Below are positions 56,131 through 64,000 of a DNA stretch of 64,000 bases, piece after piece. Under the pieces are notes generated by a model, which worked only from the letters and a program-made list of their open reading frames with translations, made no database searches and had not been told where the DNA came from. Position numbers and translations under genes: made by a program. Each line of letters opens with the position of its first letter. The stretch's first letter is position 1. Origin of the DNA: the human T2T-CHM13v2.0 reference genome, Homo sapiens; the NCBI GenBank assembly GCA_009914755.4, contig CP068257.2, positions 13,344,001 through 13,408,000 of the forward strand, given 5' to 3'.

Positions 56131-58218
56131 ATCAATTAATATGCCAGGCTTAAGTAAAAATATAAAAGAGAAGACGGTAGTTTTATATGGACCAACTACA
56201 ATGAAAAATATATGCCTTTAATTACTACACACACATGCACATTCTCTCTCTCATCCACTCATTCACTGTCAGTTCTTCATCAGTAAGACTCCTCCAGTAT
56301 CTTATTTCAATGCTCTCCTAATCCCCCCGGCCCAGACAATCAGCCTGGTTGGGTGGTAGGTGTCCATTCTACCCAGATGAGTTGGGACTCTAGTGTCGCT
56401 GTCTGACGTCCTATACCAACCAGCATGGTACTCAGGCATTATTAATACAAGTCTCTAAGCACATAAAGGCATACCTCAGAGATATAGTGGGTTCCATTCC
56501 AGATCACTAAAATAAAGCAAATATCACAATAAAGCAAGTCACACAAGTTTTTTGGTTTCCTAGTGCACATAAAAGTTATGTTTACACTGTACTATAGTCT
56601 ATTAAGTGTGCAAAAGCTTTATGTCGAAACAATGTACATACCTTAGTATAAAAATACTTTATTGCTAAAAATGCTAACAATCATGTGAATCTTTAGAGAG
56701 TTTTACTCTTCAGTGGTGGGCACCTTGCCTCCATATTGATGGCTGCCAAATGATCAGGCTTGTGGTTGCTGAAGGTTGGGGTCTCTGTAATGATTTCTTA
56801 AAACAAGACAACAATGAAGTTTGCCACATCGGCTGATTCTTCCTTTCACAGAATAATTCTCTGTAGCATGTAATGCTGTTTGATAGCATTTTACCCACAG
56901 TAGAATATCTTTCTAGATGGGAGTCAATCCTCTCAAACCCTGCCACTGTTTTATCAATTATGTTTACATGATATTCTAAATCCTTCGTTGTTATTTCAAC
57001 AATGTTCACAGTATCTTCAATCAGGAGTAGATTCCATCTCTAGTAACTACTTTCTTTGCTCATCTATAAGGAGTAACTCCTCATCCGTCCATGTTTTCTC
57101 ATGAGATTATACAAATTCAGTCACATCTTCAGGCTCCACTTCTAATTCTAGTTTTCTTGCAATTTCCACCACATCTGCAGTTACTTCCTCCACTGATGTC
57201 TTCAACCCGCCAAAGTTATCCATAAGGGGTGGAAGCAGCTTCTTTCAAACTCCTATTAATGTTAGTATTTTGACCTCCTCCCATTAATCACAAATGTTCT
57301 CAATGGCATCTAGAATGGTGAATCCTTTTCAGAAGGTTTACAATTGCCTTTGCCCAGATCCATCAGAGGAATCACTATCTATGGCAACTACAGCTTCACA
57401 AGATGTATTTCTTCAATAGTAAGACTTGAAAGTTGAAATTACTCCTTGATCCACAGGCTACAGAATAGATGTTGTATTAGCAGCCATGAAAATTAACATT
57501 AACTTCCTTGTACATCTCCATCAGAGCTCTTGAGTGACCAGGTGCGTGGTCAATAAACAGTAATATTTCGATAGGAATCTTTTTTTTCTGAGCAGTTGGT
57601 CTCAAGAGGGGGCCTAAAATATTCAGCAAACCATGCTGTAAACAGATGTTCTGTCATCCAGGCTTCTTCTTCCATTTATACAGCATAGGTAGAAGAGATT
57701 TAGTATAATTCTTAAGGGGCTTAGGATTTTTGGAATGGCCAAACATTGGTTTCCACTTCAAGTCACCAGCTGTATTATCCACTAACAAGAAAGTCAGTTT
57801 GTCCTTTGAGGTTCTGAGGCCAGGCATTGGTTTCTCCTCTCTAGCTATTAAAGTCCTAGATGGCATATTCATCCAACAGAAGGCTGTTTCATTTACACTG
57901 AAAATCTGCTGTTTAATGTAGCCATCTTCATCAATGATCTTACCTAGATCTTCTGGAAGCTTGCTGTAGCTTCTACATCAGCATTACCTGCTTCATCGTG
58001 CACTTTTATGTTATCCAGGCAGCTTCTATCCTTAAACTTCATGAACAAACCTCTGCTAGCTTCCAACTTTTCTTCTGCAGTTTCTTCATCTCCTCTCGGC
58101 CTTTGTGGAATTAGAGTGAGGCGCTGCTCTGGATTAGGTTTTGGCTTAAGGGAATGTTATGGCTGCTTTGATTTTCTAGGCAGACTACTAAAATATTCTC
58201 CATATTAGCAATAAGGCT

Positions 58219-58908
<690 letters not shown>

Positions 58909-61879
58909 ACCATATCAGGCTGCTTTGTGTTCTTATCATTCATGTGTTCACTGGAGTAGCACTTTTAATGTCCTTTAAGAACTTTTCCTTTTACATTCAC
59001 AACTTGGTGAACTGGCACAAGAGGCCTAGCTTTCAGAAGAGCTTGGCTTTTGACATGCCTTCCTCACTGAGCTTAACCTTTTCTAGCTCTTGATTTAAAG
59101 TAAGAGACCTACAACTTTTCCTTGCATTTAAATACTTAGCCATTATAGGGTTATTAATTGGCCTAATTTCAATATTGTTGTGTCTCAAGGAACAGGGAAT
59201 CCCAAGGAAAGGGAGATGAGATGGGGGAACAGCCAGTCTGTAAAGCAGTCAGACCACACTGAACAAGTTCGCCGGCTGATATGGGCACAGTTCATGGTAC
59301 CTCAAAACAATCACAATAGTAACATCAAAGATCACTGATTACAGATCACCATGACACATATAATAATATGAAAAAGTTTTATATATTGTGAGAATTATCA
59401 AAACATGACCACAAAGACACAAACTGAAAACATGCTGTTGAAAAAATGGTACTTGCTCAATGCAGGGCTGCCACAAACCTTCAGTTTGTAAAAAACAAAA
59501 TTATCTTCAAAGAGCAGTAAAGTGAAGCACAATAAAATGAAGTATGCCTACACATCAGCAACACCAAAGCTACCCTACATCATTAACAGGGTATGTCACC
59601 TAAGTGTATAAGTCAAAGATATCTAGAATCTTAACTACAGGCAGGATGTTCCCAAAATCTTAGTCGACAGAAGGCATCTCCTCAAAATAGAGTTTATAAT
59701 CAGACAAAAACAAACAGAACCTGAAGAGACCTCCAGGTGATAAAGGAAAAACAAAAAGCATTATCATTTCCTATTAGGACATTACTTTTTTAGGAGCTAA
59801 ATAAAAACATTACCAAATCATTTTATGTAATAAAATTTAACCTTATTTTGACCTTTCTCATAAAGCAAATAAACCTCTCTATCCAATAAGGTTCCATCTG
59901 AACTATGTAAGATGATAGGCAATACCTTAATTGCATTCATTTACATGACTCTGAAACTATTCTGGGCTGAAGTCACTGACCGCAAGGTCACAGAATACAA
60001 AAAAGTAGAATGTGTGTAATTTACCAAGGAGAAATGATCCACTTAGACAGTGTGGCAGCACCTTTTCCATCCTTCATTAGGGGATACTAAATGCTTAATG
60101 CAATCAACAGGTGTAGACATCTCCATTTAAAATATATCATACAAATACATACACACACACACGTATTCATTTTACAAATATATAAATAACACTAAAATAT
60201 ATATTTGAATAAGTCCATCATATATTATGGCTTTCTTCTTAAAATTAATCTGCCTAAATAAAGAACAATTCTATACCCTAATAGCATTTAGAAGCAAAAT
60301 ACAATATAGGGCCATTATTTTCCCATTGTCTTATAAAATTTCTAACACCTAATATTCAGGTTACAAAGCTATAGTTTTAGGAAAAGAATTTAAAACACAG
60401 GATGCCAAGTATGTTAAGAGTTCTTGCTTTCATTTTTTATAACCTAAACACGAATATATTCAACTAATTTGCTTAGAGAAGCATAGTTTACATGTCTCAA
60501 ATCCAATAATACTATATTAATAAAAGAAAAGAGGTACAATAGATTGACAGATTAACAATCATAGATTACAGGGGATAATGTGTATTCTCCAAAACCTCAA
60601 GAGTATATCAAAACACACACACACAAAAGTTAACCCTACAAATTATTTCCCTTTAGCTTTGTAAAATGCAATTGTAACACAAACAAGGTATTATTGGCAC
60701 TTGAAGTTACTGGAGAAAAGAGAAGGAACTCAAAAGAATAGGATTTAGGGTACTTTTTAAATGTTTATAATATTAGTACATATGCAGACTGTGAAGTATT
60801 TGTTTCAGGTTTAATACAACATCACCAAAAGATTCATTTAAACAGTTTCCACACATTAAATTAGGTAAATCTCTCACATTTAATTTACTATCCAAGCACT
60901 TTTACACTACTCAAGCCAATCTTTTGCAACTTACAAATGATTTAATGAAAAAAAAGCTATGATATTATAAAATTCATGCTTCTTCATTTTCTCTCCCTAT
61001 AGAGAAGGGCAAAACTTTTCTTACGTAAATCTATATTAGATCCAAATCATTTCAAGAGATGCTACTCCACAAAGAACACACAGATGGACATATATTTAAT
61101 TAATATATTCCTAAAAAACTTCAATACATGATGTCACTTTGTCCTTTGTAAATGAGAAATAAAATTTCTCAATGTCTTCTTATAAGTTAAGCCAATTCAC
61201 TTTGGATTAGCTTAGTTTTAAAATAAATGCATACATATACATAATAAAATACTAATTCCTATTGTTATCTACATATAACTTTCAGTGACCACATCTTGGT
61301 ATTTTAATTTTCTTTCTATAAGAAACAATTCAGAGTCAGACATGAAATATATGTGTGTAACTAGGTAACAGGCAATATTTGGTTCCTATTCTTTGACAAG
61401 GATAAGCTATTGAGACCAATCAGAACCTTCCAATGTGTTTCCAATGTTCTTGGCTACATTTCTACTTAAACTCAAACCTCAGGAAGAATATAATCTGTTA
61501 AGATAACTTTTGTTTTTCTCAAACATTCTCTCTCTGCCTATCCCAAAAGAATCAATCAATGCTTTATGTTACTAAGTTCACTGATTATGAGGACAATGTC
61601 TGAAGATTTCATACACATAATATTGGGATCTTCCCTTTCCTTGAATTTCAGAATATGTTGGAGCCAATTTCTATAACCAAAACGTAGTATTTGTGTATCT
61701 TTAAATGAGCTACAATCCAGAACTGAAAATGAACTATACTAATGGCATCGCACTTAACAACTTTCAATGAAGAAAGAAATAGGTTAGAGTCTAAGTTCAA
61801 ACACACTTCAAACTCACGTGACCACAGTAAATCCTACCCTTAAAGCAAGTACATATGTGTGTATTGTTTATGTTTCTTA

Positions 61880-62460
61880 TTTTCTGTATATTATGATGGT
61901 TTTGACTCCTTTCTGGCTGGGAAGAGATTGCCCCTCTAGGGGCCAGCCAACGCTTAGAGAAGGCAAAGGACTCAGCGTGCCTTTCACATGCAAACTAAAC
62001 AATCCACAGCGATACCTCCTCTACCTGACCCATACACCCAGGAGGCAATATTCCCCTGCCTGGTATCTACCAGGCAAACTAGGGATCACTCTTACAGTTT
62101 AGAGCCTGTATACCTATAACTTATTCAAAGCTACTATTATTACACACCTATAGCTTATTAGTAGTAGTAGCAGTAGCATTTACCTACAGCTAATGCAAAC
62201 TAGCGAATCCTAAACTTGGTTACCCGCCCTGCCTTGCCTTTCCCACAGATACTCCAGAAACGGCTGCAGCCCGGTCTCTCTTCTAGCTCCTGCCCCTTTG
62301 GCCCCTAGACCAACACTGGGGCTTTCTCATGTGGCCCTGAATGGCATGCTGTGCCTCCGAGAACTCATGAGTATAATAAACTTTGTTTTCCTGAGCCCCT
62401 CCTGGGTCTCCTTTTCACATGCACCTGACTGACCACATAAAAGAACACAGAACTCTGTGT
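61880..62460 (+). mobile_element. Candidate LTR-like element (possible endogenous-retrovirus solo LTR), unclassified
   Basis: Moderately GC/CpG-retaining block with a polyadenylation-signal-like 'tgagtataataaactttgttttcctgagcccctcctgggtctcc' near its 3' part, ending near a (TG)n tract. No family identified by eye. Weak call. Confidence 0.25.
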
Positions 62461-62481
62461 GTGTGTGCGCGTGTGTGTGTC
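62455..62481. repeat. (TG)n microsatellite with CG interruption
   Basis: 'tgtgtgtgtgtgcgcgtgtgtgtgtc'. Confidence 0.85.
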
Positions 62482-64000
62482 ATTTTCATTTTATTTTCCC
62501 TTGTTCAGGTGGTCAATAAAAAATTATTACACCTTTAAAAAGAGGTACCTAAATAAACAAACCTACCAATTCTGTATGCAAAATTAAATCCTGGACTGGC
62601 AGTGTTGCTCAGATAACACTCAGAAAAGAACAATGTGACTGAAACTGTAAGGAACAGGTCAAAAACACTCCATTTAAAATGTGAACACCTGCTACAGAAT
62701 ATTTTGATTCACAAGTCCATCTAGGAAATATTTTTCTTCCTCCCTCACCTGTTCCCCCACCTATCTTGCATTCAACACCATAAACAGCACTTATCCCCCA
62801 TTATAAAACAGTTGACGGTTAAAACAATGAGCCAACCAAGAAAGTATAATACTCTATAACTGACATTTACTGCATTGGCCTTGGACTTCTAATCTTTACC
62901 AGACGGGCACACAAATCAATCCATCAGCTCATAAAGGTGTGCTTTTTTAACCTCTAAAACAGATGGGATTGGCCAGAAGTGTCTGGCATGTCAAACTGCT
63001 AATCACTGCTGCCCTTTGCACAAAATAACCCACTTAAGTTGAGGCATGGTTGCACTGTAACCGACATTAGTCTGTGGGAAACCCATTTAACTGTCACACA
63101 CTCCTGCCACTCCTGCTCTCCCTTAATTAAGCCTAATGCCTTATGCTTTGACCTTTTGTTCTAGCCTATTAACCCTATCTAGTACAAGTTCAATTATGTT
63201 AAGCTAAAAACTTTGCTGTAAAATATTAAATGCCAAGCTCAAAAAATCATAAGGGACATCCTCTCAGCCCTAAGTTCTATTCACCCTGATACTCAATACA
63301 TTTGAAAGTAAAACCTCACTTTCGAAGTAACGCTGATACTGAAGCAAGGAGATGTTGAATGACTCACCCATTTCATAGCTTTTCCGTGGCAAAGCCTCAC
63401 TAAAACCTATCTAATCCCTAGCTCCAATTCTTTAATCTCCATGGTGCTTCTGATTAATAGTTAAACCACCCGGAAGTATGTTAAGGATACTAACATTTTC
63501 ACCCCGAAGTATTATCCTTCGCCATCCTCTAGAATATGCTATGCAAAGAGGCCTAAAACAAAATAAACTGCGACTTCAGCAGCTGAGAAGTAATGATTCC
63601 TTTCCCCTCCCACACATCAAAACTTCCTATCCTATCCCCTCACTACTTTTTTTCCTTTTTAAAAGTAACAATGGTCATTGAGAACTACTAAATCCTGCAA
63701 CACTCACAAGGTAGTATGTACAACCACAGTTTTCCCCCGCGATACTTCACTGAAGTATTCAATACAGCCAATGACTTAAACTACAGAAGGTAATTACAAC
63801 TTGCTACTTATCCTCACTGGACAAATTCACGCAGCATATCTTTTCAAATACGTCTTTTTTACACCTATATGCATATGAATTGCTGCTCACATTTACCAGA
63901 ATTCCAAAAAACACAATGAAAAACACTTCCTAATTCACTGTAAAATAAAACAAAACGTAGTCCAAAGTAACATGCTATCATTAAAGATAGTTTTACCACA

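Noticed and set aside
56710-57872. Minus-strand ORFs 56710-57009 and 57654-57872 with transposase-like translations, as a possible intact transposase gene
   Set aside because: They are fragments of the Tigger1 pogo-family transposase reading frame separated by stops and frameshifts. The element is further disrupted by the nested LTR/Alu. It is a pseudogene (listed as such), not a functional gene.

Overview
This 64 kb window is primate nuclear genomic DNA, not prokaryotic DNA. It is AT-rich and repeat-dense, with features typical of an intronic or intergenic segment in a gene-poor, L1-rich region. I identified at least 16 Alu elements or fragments, several of them with readable target-site duplications (TSDs). 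Other interspersed repeats:
- A roughly 7 kb pile-up of L1 3'-end fragments, all in + orientation (31.1-38.2 kb).
- A complete but decayed Tigger1 (pogo-family) DNA transposon on the minus strand. It carries a nested MaLR (THE1/MST-type) solo LTR, which in turn carries a young Alu.
- A roughly 420 bp non-autonomous TIR element with TA target duplication.
- Numerous MIR and L2-like SINE/LINE fossils.
- One LTR-like fragment of the MaLR/MLT1 type.

Simple repeats:
- (TG)n, (CA)n and (GA)n microsatellites.
- A 150-bp (GAAA/GGAA)n microsatellite grown out of an Alu poly-A tail.
- A striking 1.25 kb minisatellite of about 25 copies of a 50-bp unit (41985-43240).

I found no convincing protein-coding exon, rRNA, tRNA, CRISPR array, operon or prokaryotic-style gene. 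The long ORFs in the supplied track are explained by the stop-free 50-bp tandem repeat, Alu or microsatellite sequence, or decayed transposase. I therefore do not report a novel system. The only genuinely novel items in this window are the structural observations listed under findings (the minisatellite architecture, the nested insertions, the L1 3'-end cluster, and a few CpG-retaining non-repeat segments). All coordinates were read by eye from the numbered sequence and may be off by a few bases.
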